NCBI GenBank assembly: GCA_044222065.1
Contig: JBGAOA010000017.1
Coordinates: forward strand, 1 to 64,000
Origin: Candidatus Eiseniibacteriota bacterium
GTDB taxonomy: Bacteria > Eisenbacteria > RBG-16-71-46
Length of the DNA: 64,000 nucleotides
Direction: 5' to 3'
The number at the start of each line of letters is the position of its first letter. Positions within the stretch are counted from its first letter, which is position 1. This document shows, piece after piece, positions 38,941 to 51,552 of this stretch. A program made the translations under genes and the position numbers. The notes beneath the pieces were generated by a model, which saw only the letters and a program-made list of their open reading frames with translations, was not told the DNA's origin and did no database searches.

Positions 38941-38969
38941 TTGCAGCCCGTGAGGCCCATGCCTATCAT
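38941..38969 (+). promoter_or_regulatory. dnaN promoter
   Basis: TTGCAG-N17-TATCAT. Confidence 0.6.
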
Positions 38970-39062
38970 GCACCGCACCCGATGAACGCCTCCGCGAGCA
39001 CTCTGCCGGACGCTGGAACTTCCGTCCGGACTTCGACTTCCCCCAAGTCTGGGAGCCTAGGT

Positions 39063-40211
39063 ATGGAACTGACGATCCAGCAGGGCGACCTGGCCTACGC
39101 GGTGGGCAAGGCGCTCGGATCGGTTTCGAACAAGAGCCCGCTGCCGCTGCTGAGCTGCGTGCTGATCGAAGCGGATAAAGCGGGACTGCGTGTCACGGGA
39201 ACGGACCTCGACGTGACGACCTCCGTGCTCGTTCCGTGCACGGTCGCGCGCCCCGGGCGGTGCGCCGTCGGCGCGCGGCACTTCAACGAGGTCGTCCGCA
39301 AGCTGCCGAAGGGCGCGCTGACGCTCGCGGTCACGGGCACTCAGTGCGAAGTGCGATATGGCGGCGGTAAGGGGTGGTCGAAGTTCCCGGTGCAGGACCC
39401 GGCAGACTTCCCGCGCGTTCCCGATCTCAAGTCGGAGGCGAAGGCCGTGATTGAGGGCGATGCACTGTCGCGACTCGTCGCGCGCACGAGCTACGCCGCG
39501 TCCACCGAAGAGACGCGCCCGCAGCTCAACGGCGTGCTCGTCCTCGGCAACGACAAGCAACTCACGTTCGTCGCGACCGACGGTCACCGGCTGTCGCGCG
39601 CACAGCGCAAAGGCGCGTTCGGTGCGCTCGGCAAAGACGGCGTCATCGTGCCGACTCGCGCGCTCATGGCCGTGAGCCGCACGGCCGAGGAAGCCACGAG
39701 CCCGATCGAGATCGAGATCGCCGGCGCGCGCAACCAGGCTGGATTCGCGCTGCAGGTCGGCGAGTACCGCGTTCAGATCCTGTCGCGCCTGCTCGAGGGC
39801 CCGTATCCGAACTACGAGCAGGTGATTCCGAAGGACAATCCGCGGGAACTCAAGGTGAAGCGTTCGGATCTCATGGAAGCGATCGACATCGTCGCCTCGC
39901 ACGCGGACAACGTCACGCGACAGGTGCGTTTCTCGCTCAAGGACGGCAAGCTCGGCATCTCGTCCGCGACGGAACTCGGCGCCGGCGATCACCACATCGA
40001 CGCCGCGTGGTCCGGAGACGATCTCGAGATCGGCTACAACGCCAGCTACCTGCTCGAAATCCTGCGCGGCATTCCCACCGAGGACGTTTCGTTCCGCCTC
40101 AAGACGCCGCTCGCGGCTGGAATCGTGGAGCCGGTGGGGGCGCTGCCGCAGGCGGAAGAGGACCTGCTGTCGCTGATCATGCCGCTGCGTCTGCCGGACG
40201 CGGCGAGCTGA
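39063..40211 (+). CDS. dnaN: DNA polymerase III beta clamp
   Basis: GTDL, ETRPQLNGV, VATDGHRL, LLEGPYPNYEQVIP, LIMPLR. Confidence 0.97.
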   Translation: MELTIQQGDLAYAVGKALGSVSNKSPLPLLSCVLIEADKAGLRVTGTDLDVTTSVLVPCTVARPGRCAVGARHFNEVVRKLPKGALTLAVTGTQCEVRYGGGKGWSKFPVQDPADFPRVPDLKSEAKAVIEGDALSRLVARTSYAASTEETRPQLNGVLVLGNDKQLTFVATDGHRLSRAQRKGAFGALGKDGVIVPTRALMAVSRTAEEATSPIEIEIAGARNQAGFALQVGEYRVQILSRLLEGPYPNYEQVIPKDNPRELKVKRSDLMEAIDIVASHADNVTRQVRFSLKDGKLGISSATELGAGDHHIDAAWSGDDLEIGYNASYLLEILRGIPTEDVSFRLKTPLAAGIVEPVGALPQAEEDLLSLIMPLRLPDAAS

Positions 40212-40213
40212 GC

Positions 40214-42456
<2,243 letters not shown>

Positions 42457-43035
42457 ATGCGAATTGCGAGTCGAATCTTCGTCGCCGCGCTCCTCTGCGC
42501 GGCGTTCGCCGGGCCCGCACGGGCCGGCCTTCCGTATCCCGAGTGGAACCTGGCGATCGGCGGAAGCACCGCGATCCTCGGCGACGTGAGCGAGCGCGGC
42601 GTGTCCGCCGCGCTGTCGGCGTTGTGGCGCGTGGACGACAGCGAGCGCATCGTGTTCGGCGCGTCGCTGCTCGCCGACGATCTCGGCTCGCGGGCGTTCG
42701 CGCCGGTGGACACGAGCACGGGCGCGACGCTGGGCCTCGAGGAGCAGCGGCATCGCGCGGTGTACGGCGCGGCGTGGCGTCTCGACCTTCGTCCCTGGGA
42801 GGACCGCGCGTGGCGGCCGTTCGCGAGCGGCACGTGGGGCTGGTCGCGCGTGCGCGACGACGTCCGCGGCCGAACGCTCGCCGACGTGTCGTCGGCGGGA
42901 TTCACGCTCGCCGGCGGCGTGCGCCACTCGATCCGTACGCACGCGACCGCCGGACTCGTCGTTCGCTACCACCGCCTGTTCAACGATCGCGTCGGCCGGT
43001 ACATGAGCGCCGGCATGGAATGGAGCTGGCGCTGA
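42457..43035 (+). CDS. Small outer-membrane beta-barrel-like protein
   Basis: Signal peptide ending ARA; strands RPFASGTWGW, GFTLAGGVRH, SAGMEWSWR. Confidence 0.65.
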   Translation: MRIASRIFVAALLCAAFAGPARAGLPYPEWNLAIGGSTAILGDVSERGVSAALSALWRVDDSERIVFGASLLADDLGSRAFAPVDTSTGATLGLEEQRHRAVYGAAWRLDLRPWEDRAWRPFASGTWGWSRVRDDVRGRTLADVSSAGFTLAGGVRHSIRTHATAGLVVRYHRLFNDRVGRYMSAGMEWSWR

Positions 43036-43085
43036 ACCACGCCCCAATGTGCCGCGCCACGACGGCGTAGGCGAGGGACCGAAAG

Positions 43086-45593
43086 ATGGCACTGAACGAT
43101 CGCTCGAAGATCGTACCGACCAACATCGAAGACGAGATGAAGACCAGCTACATCGACTATTCGATGTCGGTCATCGTCTCGCGCGCGCTGCCCGACGTCC
43201 GCGACGGCCTGAAGCCGTCGCAGCGCCGCATCCTCGTCGCGATGAACGACCTGAACCTGCAGCCCGGCCGCGGCTACCGAAAGTGCGCGAAGATCGCCGG
43301 CGACACGTCGGGCAACTACCACCCGCACGGCGAGCAGGTCGTCTACCCGACGCTCGTGCGACTCGCGCAGGACTGGGTCATGCGCTACCCGCTCGTGGAC
43401 GGCCAGGGCAACTTCGGCTCGATCGACGGCGACGCGCCCGCGGCCATGCGATACACCGAGGCGCGGCTCACCGCGCTCGCGGTCGAGATGCTGAACGACC
43501 TCGAGAAGAACACGGTGGACTTCCGCCCGAACTACGACGAGACGCGCGAAGAGCCGACGGTGCTGCCGGGCGTGGTGCCGAACCTTCTCATCAACGGCTG
43601 CTCGGGCATCGCCGTCGGCATGGCGACGGAAGTGCCGCCGCACAACCTGCGCGAGATCTGCGACGCGATCACCGCGGTGATCGAGAACCCGGAAGTCGCC
43701 CCCGAGGACCTGCTGAAGATCGTCACGGGTCCCGACTTCCCGACCGGCGCGATCATCTACGGCTACCAGGGCATTCGCGACTGCTACCTGACCGGCCGCG
43801 GACTGATCAAGATGCGCGCGCGCGTGCAGGTCGAAGAGGGCCGCGGCGGCCGCATGAGCCTCGTCGCGACCGAGATCCCGTTCCAGGTGAACAAGTCGTC
43901 GCTGCTCGAGCGCATCGCCGACCTCGTCCGCGAGGGCAAGGTCGCGGGCATCAGCGACCTGCGCGACGAGTCCGATCGCGACGGCATGCGGATCGTGATC
44001 GAGCTCAAGAAGGACGCGAATCCGAAGGTCGTGCTGAACCAGCTCTTCGTGCACTCGCCGCTCCAGACGACGTTCGGCGCGATCATGCTCGGCCTCGTGA
44101 AGAACCGCCCGCAGGTGCTCACGCTGCGCGGGCTGATCGACCAGTACATCGAGCACCGCCGCGAGGTCGTGCGGCGTCGCACCGAGTTCGACCTCGCTGA
44201 GGCGGAACGCCGCGCGCACATCCTCGAGGGCCTCAAGATCGCGCTCGATCATCTCGACGCCGTGATCGCGCTGATCCGCGCGTCGAAGGACGTCGAGACC
44301 GCGCGCCAGGGGCTCATGAAGGAGTTCAAGCTCAGCGAGATCCAGTCGAACGCGATCCTCGAGATGCGGCTGCAGCGACTGACCGCGCTCGAGCGCTCGA
44401 AGATCGAGCAGGAGTACCTCGAGGTCATCCAGCTCATCGAACAGCTGCGTTCGATCCTCGCGAGCGAGAAGAAGATGCTCGGCATCATCCGCGACGAGGT
44501 GAAGCGCCTGCGCGACAAGTTCGGCGACGAACGGCGCACGCAGATCGTGGCCGAGGAAGGCGAGATCGGCTACGAGGACACGATCGAGCAGAAGGACATG
44601 GTGATCACGATCTCGCACGCCGGCTACATCAAGCGCCAGGAAGTCACCGCGTACCGCTCGCAGCGGCGCGGCGGCAAGGGCGTCATCGGCGCGCGCACGA
44701 AGGAAGAGGACTTCATCGAGCACCTCTTCATCGCGAACACGCACGCCTACCTGCTGTTCCTGACCGATCGCGGGCGCTGCTACTGGCTCAAGGTGCACGA
44801 GGTCGAGCAGGCGGGCCGCATGGCGAAGGGCCGGCCGCTCGTGAACCACCTCGAGGGCATGAGCCGCGAGGAGCGCGTGCAGGCGGTCGTCGCCGTGAAG
44901 CAGTTCGACGACCAGCACTTCCTCGTGTGCGCGACGAAGAAGGGCCTGATCAAGAAGACGGTGCTGTCGGCGTATGGCAATCCCCGCAAGGGCGGCATCA
45001 ACGCCGTACTGCTCGAAGACGGCGACGCGCTGTTCGAGGCGAACGTCACCGACGGCACGCAGGATCTGATCCTCGCGAAGAAGAAGGGGCTCGCGATCCG
45101 CTTCCACGAGAGCGAGGTCCGGCCGATGGGCCGCACCGCGTACGGCGTGAAGTCGGTCACGCTCGACGATGCCGAGGACGAAGTCGTGAGCATGGTCGGC
45201 GTGAAGCGGCAGGCGACGCTGCTCACCGTGACCGAGAACGGCTACGGCAAGCGCAGCGAGATCTCCGAGTACCGCGTGTCGCATCGCGGCGGCAAGGGCA
45301 TCATCACGATCAAGACGACCGAACGGAACGGCACCGTCGTCGCGGTGAAAGAGGTCGTGGACGGCGACGAACTGATGCTCATGACGAAGGCCGGCCAGAT
45401 GATCCGCATGCCGGTGCGCGGCATCTCCGTGATGGGCCGCAACACGCAGGGCGTGCGCCTGGTGGACTTGAAGCCCGAGGAAGGGCAGCTGCTCCCGGAC
45501 ACGGTCGCGGGCGTCACGCGCGTGGTGAACGAAGACGAAGACGCGGGCGAGGACGGCACGACCGAAGCGCCCGCGGGCGAAACGCAGCACTGA
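43086..45593 (+). CDS. gyrA: DNA gyrase subunit A
   Basis: [24 protein letters not shown], GyrA-box QRRGGKG. Confidence 0.98.
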   Translation: MALNDRSKIVPTNIEDEMKTSYIDYSMSVIVSRALPDVRDGLKPSQRRILVAMNDLNLQPGRGYRKCAKIAGDTSGNYHPHGEQVVYPTLVRLAQDWVMRYPLVDGQGNFGSIDGDAPAAMRYTEARLTALAVEMLNDLEKNTVDFRPNYDETREEPTVLPGVVPNLLINGCSGIAVGMATEVPPHNLREICDAITAVIENPEVAPEDLLKIVTGPDFPTGAIIYGYQGIRDCYLTGRGLIKMRARVQVEEGRGGRMSLVATEIPFQVNKSSLLERIADLVREGKVAGISDLRDESDRDGMRIVIELKKDANPKVVLNQLFVHSPLQTTFGAIMLGLVKNRPQVLTLRGLIDQYIEHRREVVRRRTEFDLAEAERRAHILEGLKIALDHLDAVIALIRASKDVETARQGLMKEFKLSEIQSNAILEMRLQRLTALERSKIEQEYLEVIQLIEQLRSILASEKKMLGIIRDEVKRLRDKFGDERRTQIVAEEGEIGYEDTIEQKDMVITISHAGYIKRQEVTAYRSQRRGGKGVIGARTKEEDFIEHLFIANTHAYLLFLTDRGRCYWLKVHEVEQAGRMAKGRPLVNHLEGMSREERVQAVVAVKQFDDQHFLVCATKKGLIKKTVLSAYGNPRKGGINAVLLEDGDALFEANVTDGTQDLILAKKKGLAIRFHESEVRPMGRTAYGVKSVTLDDAEDEVVSMVGVKRQATLLTVTENGYGKRSEISEYRVSHRGGKGIITIKTTERNGTVVAVKEVVDGDELMLMTKAGQMIRMPVRGISVMGRNTQGVRLVDLKPEEGQLLPDTVAGVTRVVNEDEDAGEDGTTEAPAGETQH

Positions 45594-45598
45594 TCCCG

Positions 45599-45627
45599 AC
45601 GCCGCGCGGCGCCACGCCGCGCGGCGT
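45599..45627 (+). terminator. Hairpin after gyrA
   Basis: 12-bp stem ACGCCGCGCGGC/GCCGCGCGGCGT, tail TCGTCGTT. Confidence 0.55.
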
Positions 45628-45641
45628 TCGTCGTTCCTCGC

Positions 45642-45659
45642 TTGTGAAAACATTCACAG
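45642..45659. promoter_or_regulatory. Rex operator
   Basis: TTGTGAA-AACA-TTCACAG, one mismatch from TTGTGAAnnnnTTCACAA, directly upstream of rex. Confidence 0.85.
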
Positions 45660-45691
45660 AGGACGGCGGCCGAAGCGCCGCCGCACGAGGC

Positions 45692-46342
45692 ATGTCGCGC
45701 ATCTCGGAATCCACGGTCCGCCGCCTGTCGCACTACTACCGCGTGCTCGAGGAAGTCGATGTCGAGGGCAAGCGGATGATCTCGTCGCACCGCCTCGCCG
45801 AGCGCGAAGGCGTGACGTCGGCGCAGGTGCGCAAGGACCTGTCGTGCTTCGGCTCGTTCGGCCGCCGCGGGCTCGGTTACAACGTGCAGCACTTGCGCGG
45901 CGAGATCCGCGCGATCCTCGGCCTCGATCGGCGCTGGAAGGTCGGAGTCGTCGGCGCCGGCAACATCGGCGCCGCGCTGCTCGCGTATCGCGGATTCGAG
46001 AAGCAGGGCTTCGACGTGGTCGCCGTGTTCGACAGCGATCCCGAGCGAGTCGGCTCGCTGCTCGGTCCGCACCGCGTGCGCGACGTGGGCGAGCTCCCGG
46101 GTGCGATCGCGGCGGGAGAGGTCGAGATCGGCGTCATCGCGACGCCGCCCGCGGCGGCGCAGGAGGTGGCGGACGCACTCGTCGCCGCCGGCATCAAGGG
46201 CGTCCTGAACTTCGCGCCGCGAAAGCTGTTCGTGCCGAAGGGTATCGCGCTCCGCACCGTCGACATGACGATGGAGTTCGAAACACTGTCGTTCGCGATC
46301 GCCCAGGAGTCCGCGCCGCGCCGCCGGCGCGGGCGCCGCTAG
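45692..46342 (+). CDS. rex: Redox-sensing transcriptional repressor
   Basis: TVRRL..Y, QVRKDLS.FG.FG.RG.GY, VGAGNIG.AL, GIKGVLNFAP. Confidence 0.96.
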   Translation: MSRISESTVRRLSHYYRVLEEVDVEGKRMISSHRLAEREGVTSAQVRKDLSCFGSFGRRGLGYNVQHLRGEIRAILGLDRRWKVGVVGAGNIGAALLAYRGFEKQGFDVVAVFDSDPERVGSLLGPHRVRDVGELPGAIAAGEVEIGVIATPPAAAQEVADALVAAGIKGVLNFAPRKLFVPKGIALRTVDMTMEFETLSFAIAQESAPRRRRGRR

Positions 46343-46386
46343 GACGGCCGCTGGCGCGCCGCGGCGAATGGCCCGCGCTCGTCGCG

Positions 46387-47241
46387 ATGGTGGTCGCGAC
46401 GGCGCTGTGGGGCGCGACCTTCGTCGTGATCCGCGACAGCGTGCGTGCGTTCGATCCGCGCGCGCTCGTCTTCGCGCGCTTCGCGTGCGCCTCCGCGCTG
46501 TTCGGCGTCGTGCTCGCGGTCGTGCGTCCCCGCCCGGGTGCGGGCGAGTCGGCGGGCGGCCTGTTCGCGGGACTCGCCGCGGCGCTCGGATTCCTGCTCC
46601 AGGCGATCGGCCTCGTCTCGACGAGCGCCGGCAGCTCGGCGTTCCTGACGTGCGCGGGCTCGCTGTGCTCGGGATTCCTCGCGTGGCTGCTGCTGCGCGA
46701 GCGGCTCGCGGCGAGCGTCGTCGCCGGCGTGGCGCTCGCCCTCGGAGGCAGTGCGCTGCTCACGCTGCGGGGCGGCGCGGCGATCGGCCCCGGCGACGCG
46801 TGGACGCTCGCGGGGTCGCTCGCGTTCGCGCTCCAGACCGTCGCGCTCGCGCGCTTCTCGCCGCGCGCGAATCCGCTGCGGCTCGCGTTCCTGCAGAGCG
46901 TGGTCGCGGCGCTCGCGCTCGCGCCGTGGGCCCCGGACGCCGTGCGCGCCCTGCGCACGCTCCCGCCCGACGGGCTCGCGCGCTTCGCCTACCTGGTCGT
47001 CGCGGGCAGCGTCGCGGCCCCGCTCGCGCAGGTGTTCGCGCAGCGCACGCTTCCGGCCGGGCGCGTCGGCGTGCTGCTCGCGCTCGAGCCGCTGTTCGCG
47101 CTGGTGTTCGCGCTCACCGTGGGCGACGAGCGCTTCGCGTGGCGGTGGTGGATCGGCGCGGCGCTGATCCTCGCCGGCGTCATCGCCGTCGAGCTGCCGG
47201 CGCTGCGCGCGGAGCCTTCGGCTCGGCGAGCCAGCGGATGA
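46387..47241 (+). CDS. DMT/EamA-family transporter (start may be CTG 46351)
   Basis: LWGATF, RF, LLRER, GDAWTL, LEPLFA; about 10 TM segments. Confidence 0.85.
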   Translation: MVVATALWGATFVVIRDSVRAFDPRALVFARFACASALFGVVLAVVRPRPGAGESAGGLFAGLAAALGFLLQAIGLVSTSAGSSAFLTCAGSLCSGFLAWLLLRERLAASVVAGVALALGGSALLTLRGGAAIGPGDAWTLAGSLAFALQTVALARFSPRANPLRLAFLQSVVAALALAPWAPDAVRALRTLPPDGLARFAYLVVAGSVAAPLAQVFAQRTLPAGRVGVLLALEPLFALVFALTVGDERFAWRWWIGAALILAGVIAVELPALRAEPSARRASG

Positions 47242-48616
47242 GCCGCGGCGCGGCCGTCGCGTCCGAGCGATAGGGCCAGGCGCCGCTGCGGCCGCCCTTC
47301 ACGTCGGCGACGCGCGACGCGCGACGGTCGCCCGCCTGGTAGAACTCGTCGTAGACGTCGAACCATCCGAAGTCCTCGGGCGCCTGCGACCAGAAGATCG
47401 GCATCTGCAGCCGCGCGACGGCGCCGCGAATCGTTCCCCAGGTCGCGGGTGGCGCCACGGGGGAGAGCAGCACGAGCGCGCGGATCCGCGCGTCCTGCTC
47501 CGCGGCGCGCAACGCGGCGCCGACGAGCGGGCCGGTCGCGACGAGCGTGAAGCTCGACGTGTCGGAGCGCGCGCTGCTCGCGAGCGCACGGAGCGCGCTG
47601 CGCACGTCGGCCGCGGTGAGCGCTTCCATCTCGTCTTCGCGCCCCGCCCACGCCTGCGGCAGCGGGCAGGGCGGCGCCACCGACCAGCCCGTGCCGCGCG
47701 GGTCCACGAGGATCGTCGCGTAGCCCGCGGCGCGCAGCGCGCCGGCGAGCGAGTCGCAGGAGGCGAGCGAGTCGCCCGGGCCGCGAAGCCAGACGACCGA
47801 TGGGCGCTTCCCGCGCGACGTCGGCTCGAACACGAATCCGGCGAGCGGGAATCCGTCGCGGGCCGCGAACCGCACGCGATGCCCTTGCGACTTCTCGAAC
47901 AGGGCCGCCTCCGAGCGATCGCGCTTCGCGAGTTCCTGCCCGAGCGATTCGAGGACGCGGTCCTCGGTCATCCCGGTCGTGCGCTGCAGCAGGCGGAAAC
48001 CGTCGGCCTCCTGCCCGCGCGCGGCGACGACGGCCGGCAGCACGAGCTGTAGCGCGCGCTTGCGGTCGCCGGCCTCGAGCCAGGCGCGCGCCATGCGCGT
48101 CCGCCACAGCGGATCGTGGCTCCAGCCGGGGGACAGCGTCGCGAACGCGTCGCGCGCGGCGCCGGGGTTGCCCGCGAGCAGCTCGGACCATGCGAGTCGC
48201 GCGCGCAGGCCTTCCTGCTCCGAGGGACCCGCCTCGCCTCCCGATCGCTGAGCGGCCGCGAGCAGCCGCGCGGCCTCGCGCACGTCGTCCGGGCTCTGCC
48301 GCGCGTACAGCAAGTCCACGAGCGCGAGCGCGTCCGCCAGCGTGCCGCGCAGTTCCCACGCGCGCCGCAGGTAGATCGCCGCCGAGTCGGCGAGGCCCGC
48401 GCGCGCGTAGCTCGCGCCGACGAGCCCCGCGGCCTCGCCGGCGAGCACGGCGTCCGAGTCGGCGAGCCGCTCGACTTCGCCGCGCAGCGTCGCGCGCAGG
48501 GCTCCGGCCGTCGGCTGGCGACGCGCGAGCGCCTGCACGGAATCCGCGGGCGGCGCCGCGAGCGCCGGCGCGGCCGCGACGAGCGCGAGGAGGATCGGGA
48601 GTGCGGCACGCTTCAT
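47180..48616 (-). CDS. Secreted TPR-like + alpha/beta-hydrolase-fold protein, probably non-catalytic
   Basis: Signal peptide; RF.ARDG..LAG, GY.TI.VDPRGTGWS, IRALVLLSP; no GxSxG. Confidence 0.65.
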   Translation of the reverse strand: MKRAALPILLALVAAAPALAAPPADSVQALARRQPTAGALRATLRGEVERLADSDAVLAGEAAGLVGASYARAGLADSAAIYLRRAWELRGTLADALALVDLLYARQSPDDVREAARLLAAAQRSGGEAGPSEQEGLRARLAWSELLAGNPGAARDAFATLSPGWSHDPLWRTRMARAWLEAGDRKRALQLVLPAVVAARGQEADGFRLLQRTTGMTEDRVLESLGQELAKRDRSEAALFEKSQGHRVRFAARDGFPLAGFVFEPTSRGKRPSVVWLRGPGDSLASCDSLAGALRAAGYATILVDPRGTGWSVAPPCPLPQAWAGREDEMEALTAADVRSALRALASSARSDTSSFTLVATGPLVGAALRAAEQDARIRALVLLSPVAPPATWGTIRGAVARLQMPIFWSQAPEDFGWFDVYDEFYQAGDRRASRVADVKGGRSGAWPYRSDATAAPRLIRWLAEPKAPRAAPAARRR

Positions 48617-49356
48617 TTGGAAACTCCGGGTTCGGGTGCGCCGGCGACGGCGAGGAATTCGCGCTCGAGCGTGGACAGCGCGGCATCTGGCGCGTCCGCG
48701 CCCCGGCACGGCAGTTCGCGTGCGACGCGGCCGCGATGGAGGATCACGACGCGCCGGCACAGCCGCTCGAGAGACTCGGTGACGTGGCTCGAGAACAGGA
48801 TCGCGCATCCGTCTGCGGCGAGTGTCCGCAGTTCGTCACGCGCGGCGAGCGCGGCGGCGGCGTCGAGTCCCTCGAGCGCCTCGTCGCACAACAATGCGCG
48901 CGGCCGATGCAGCACCGCGGCCGCGAGCGAGAGCTTCTTGCGCATGCCGTGCGAGAAACGCCGCACGGGCTCGTCCGTGCGGCCTGCGAGCCCGAGCCGC
49001 TCGCACAGCGACTGGGCGCGCTCGCGAGCCGCCGCGGGTTCGAGCCCGCGCACGGCGGCCACGAAGGCGAGGTACTCGTCGGCCGACAGCTCTTCGTAGA
49101 ACGCCGGCTCCTCGGCGGCGAACCCGAGCCGCCGGCGGGCGTCGACGGGGTCCTTCCAGACGTCGGCGCCCGCGACCTCGATCGCGCCCGAATCCGGCGG
49201 CTGGAGCCCGGCCGCGGTCCGCAGCAGCGTGCTCTTGCCCGCGCCGTTGTGGCCGAGCAGCCCGACGATCTCTCCCGCGCCGACGTCGAGCGTCACGCCG
49301 TCGAGCGCGACGACCTCTCCGTAGCGGCGGGTGAGCGAGGCGATGCGCAGCGTCAC
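48613..49356 (-). CDS. ABC transporter ATP-binding protein
   Basis: GHNGAGKST, FSHGMRKKL, CDE, SSH. Confidence 0.9.
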   Translation of the reverse strand: MTLRIASLTRRYGEVVALDGVTLDVGAGEIVGLLGHNGAGKSTLLRTAAGLQPPDSGAIEVAGADVWKDPVDARRRLGFAAEEPAFYEELSADEYLAFVAAVRGLEPAAARERAQSLCERLGLAGRTDEPVRRFSHGMRKKLSLAAAVLHRPRALLCDEALEGLDAAAALAARDELRTLAADGCAILFSSHVTESLERLCRRVVILHRGRVARELPCRGADAPDAALSTLEREFLAVAGAPEPGVSK

Positions 49357-50573
49357 GCGACCTCCGGGTGCGCCCAGCGCGGGACGCGCCGCAGCGAGTG
49401 GATCACGGCGGTGAGCAGCACGATCCAGCCGAGCAGCGGGATCATGAGGCTCGCCGCGACGGCGAGACCGAGCGACAGCGCGTAGAGCCGCTCGGCGTCC
49501 TCGATGCGCGGATGCAGCGTGAGGCCGTAGTTCACGGCGAGCAGTCCGATCGCGAACGTTGCGACGAGCGTCCACGTCGCGAGCACGGCGACGGCCGGCG
49601 CGTGCAGCACGGCGAACGACGGCGCGAGGGCGAGCGTGAGCAGCACGCTCGCGAGCGCGGCCCACGCCGCGCGCGCGCTCCACGCCGTCGAGGGCCGCAG
49701 CGGGAGGGCGCGCGCGACGAGGAACGGATCGGCGGCGGCGAGGGCGAGCAGCCATTCGCCGAAGATCCCGGCCACGACGAGCGCTTCGCCGAGCGCGAGG
49801 AAGTGCACGACCCGCGGCGGCAGCGGCGCGAGCCACACGAGCGGCGTCAGCGCCGCCGCCGCGAGCGCGACGAGGAGCCGCGTGCGTGCGCGTCCGGGAC
49901 GCGTCGAGACGACGAAGTCCTTGCGCATCAGCGCGAGCCACGCGGGCGCGGACGTCCAGCGCGCGGGCGGCGTGCGCCGCTCGCGCCCGCGCCGCGGCGC
50001 CCGCGTCAGCAGCTCGACGAGCGGGTCGCGTCCCCGCACGGCGACGCGCGCGCGTGCGAGGCGCGCTGCGACGGCGCAGGCGAGGCGCGCGCTCTCGATC
50101 AGCAGCCAGACGCAGGCGGCGGCGCCGAGCAGGAGCCACCACGCGGGCAGGAGTCGCACGCCCGCGAGCAGCATCGCGAACGCGGGGACGAGGGCCCAGA
50201 CGGCGTGCGTGGTCGCGAACCACACGAGGTGGCGGTGGATGCGGGAAGCGGGCAGCGGAAGCGCGAGCCACTCGGGGCCCGGGACGTGTCCCGCGAGCGT
50301 CCAGGCGTGCCGGCCGCCGGCGGTGAGGGCACCCGCGAGCGTCACGATCGCGAGCCGGAGCCCGAGGAACGCCGCGCCGCCGCGCAGCCCGTGCGCGCGC
50401 ACTTCGCCGTCGAGGGGCACGCGGGTCTGCCAGAACACGAACGCGCCGACGAGTGCTGCGAGCAGGACGAACTCGAGGCGCAGGACGCCTTCGATCGCGC
50501 CGACGTAGCGGCGCACGAGCTGCCGCTCGAGCGTCGCGAACGCGCGGGCCGGATTCGCGGGGTCGGTGCGCAT
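49353..50573 (-). CDS. Putative ABC exporter permease
   Basis: Multiple TM segments, LALPL, LMRKDF; translationally coupled to the ATPase. Confidence 0.7.
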   Translation of the reverse strand: MRTDPANPARAFATLERQLVRRYVGAIEGVLRLEFVLLAALVGAFVFWQTRVPLDGEVRAHGLRGGAAFLGLRLAIVTLAGALTAGGRHAWTLAGHVPGPEWLALPLPASRIHRHLVWFATTHAVWALVPAFAMLLAGVRLLPAWWLLLGAAACVWLLIESARLACAVAARLARARVAVRGRDPLVELLTRAPRRGRERRTPPARWTSAPAWLALMRKDFVVSTRPGRARTRLLVALAAAALTPLVWLAPLPPRVVHFLALGEALVVAGIFGEWLLALAAADPFLVARALPLRPSTAWSARAAWAALASVLLTLALAPSFAVLHAPAVAVLATWTLVATFAIGLLAVNYGLTLHPRIEDAERLYALSLGLAVAASLMIPLLGWIVLLTAVIHSLRRVPRWAHPEVA

Positions 50574-50634
50574 GGCGGGCGCGGAGTCTATCGCACGCTG
50601 GCCCCGCGCGGCAGCGTTTGGCACCATGCGCCCC

Positions 50635-51552
50635 ATGACCGTCCGTGCGCTCGCCGTCCACGCGCCCGAATACGAATGCGACATCGGGCCCCACCCGTTT
50701 CCGATGGAGAAGTTCCGGCTCCTGCGCGAGCGGCTCCTCGGCTCGGGCGATCTCGCACCCGAGGAGATCGCGGCCGCGCCGGAAGCGACGCGCGCCGAAC
50801 TCGAGCGCGTGCACACGGCGCCCTATCTGGACGACCTCGAGGCGCTGCGCTGGACGCCGCGCACGGCGCGCTCGGAACTGCCGCTCACGGAAGGCATCGC
50901 CCGCGCGTACCGCTACGCCTGCGGCGGCACGATCGTCGCCGCCCGGCTCGCGCTCGCGCACGGCGCCGCAGCGAATCTCGGCGGCGGATTTCACCACGCG
51001 TACGCCGAGCACGGCGAGGGCTTCTGCTACCTGAACGACCTCGCGGTCGCGGCACGCGCGCTGCGCGCCGAGGGCGGCGTGAAGCGCGTGGCGGTCGTGG
51101 ACCTCGACGTGCACCAGGGCAACGGGACCGCGCACGTGTTCGAGTCGGAGCCCGAGGTGTTCACGCTGTCCGTGCACCAGGAGAACAACTACCCGGTGCC
51201 GAAGGAGCGCAGCGACCTCGACGTCGGCCTGCCCGACGGAACCGGGGACGCCGCGTACCTCGAGGCGCTCGATCGCGCGCTCGAAGCCGTGTGGGCGTTC
51301 GCGCCCGAGCTCGTGCTCTACCAGGCCGGCGCCGATCCGTACGCCGACGACCAGCTCGGCGGCCTCGCGCTCACGCTCGCCGGACTCGCGGCGCGCGACG
51401 AGCGCGTGCTGCGCGGCTGCGCGAACCGCGGGGTCCCGGTCGTCGTGACGCTCGGCGGCGGTTACGCGCGCCGCGTCGAGGACACCGTCGCGATCCACGC
51501 CGCGACGTGCCGCCTGGCGTTCGCGATCGCGCGCGCGGGGGCGCGCCGATGA
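50635..51552 (+). CDS. Histone deacetylase-family protein
   Basis: HPFPMEK, GGGFHHA, GFC, DLDVHQGNG, QAGAD, GGGY. Confidence 0.93.
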   Translation: MTVRALAVHAPEYECDIGPHPFPMEKFRLLRERLLGSGDLAPEEIAAAPEATRAELERVHTAPYLDDLEALRWTPRTARSELPLTEGIARAYRYACGGTIVAARLALAHGAAANLGGGFHHAYAEHGEGFCYLNDLAVAARALRAEGGVKRVAVVDLDVHQGNGTAHVFESEPEVFTLSVHQENNYPVPKERSDLDVGLPDGTGDAAYLEALDRALEAVWAFAPELVLYQAGADPYADDQLGGLALTLAGLAARDERVLRGCANRGVPVVVTLGGGYARRVEDTVAIHAATCRLAFAIARAGARR

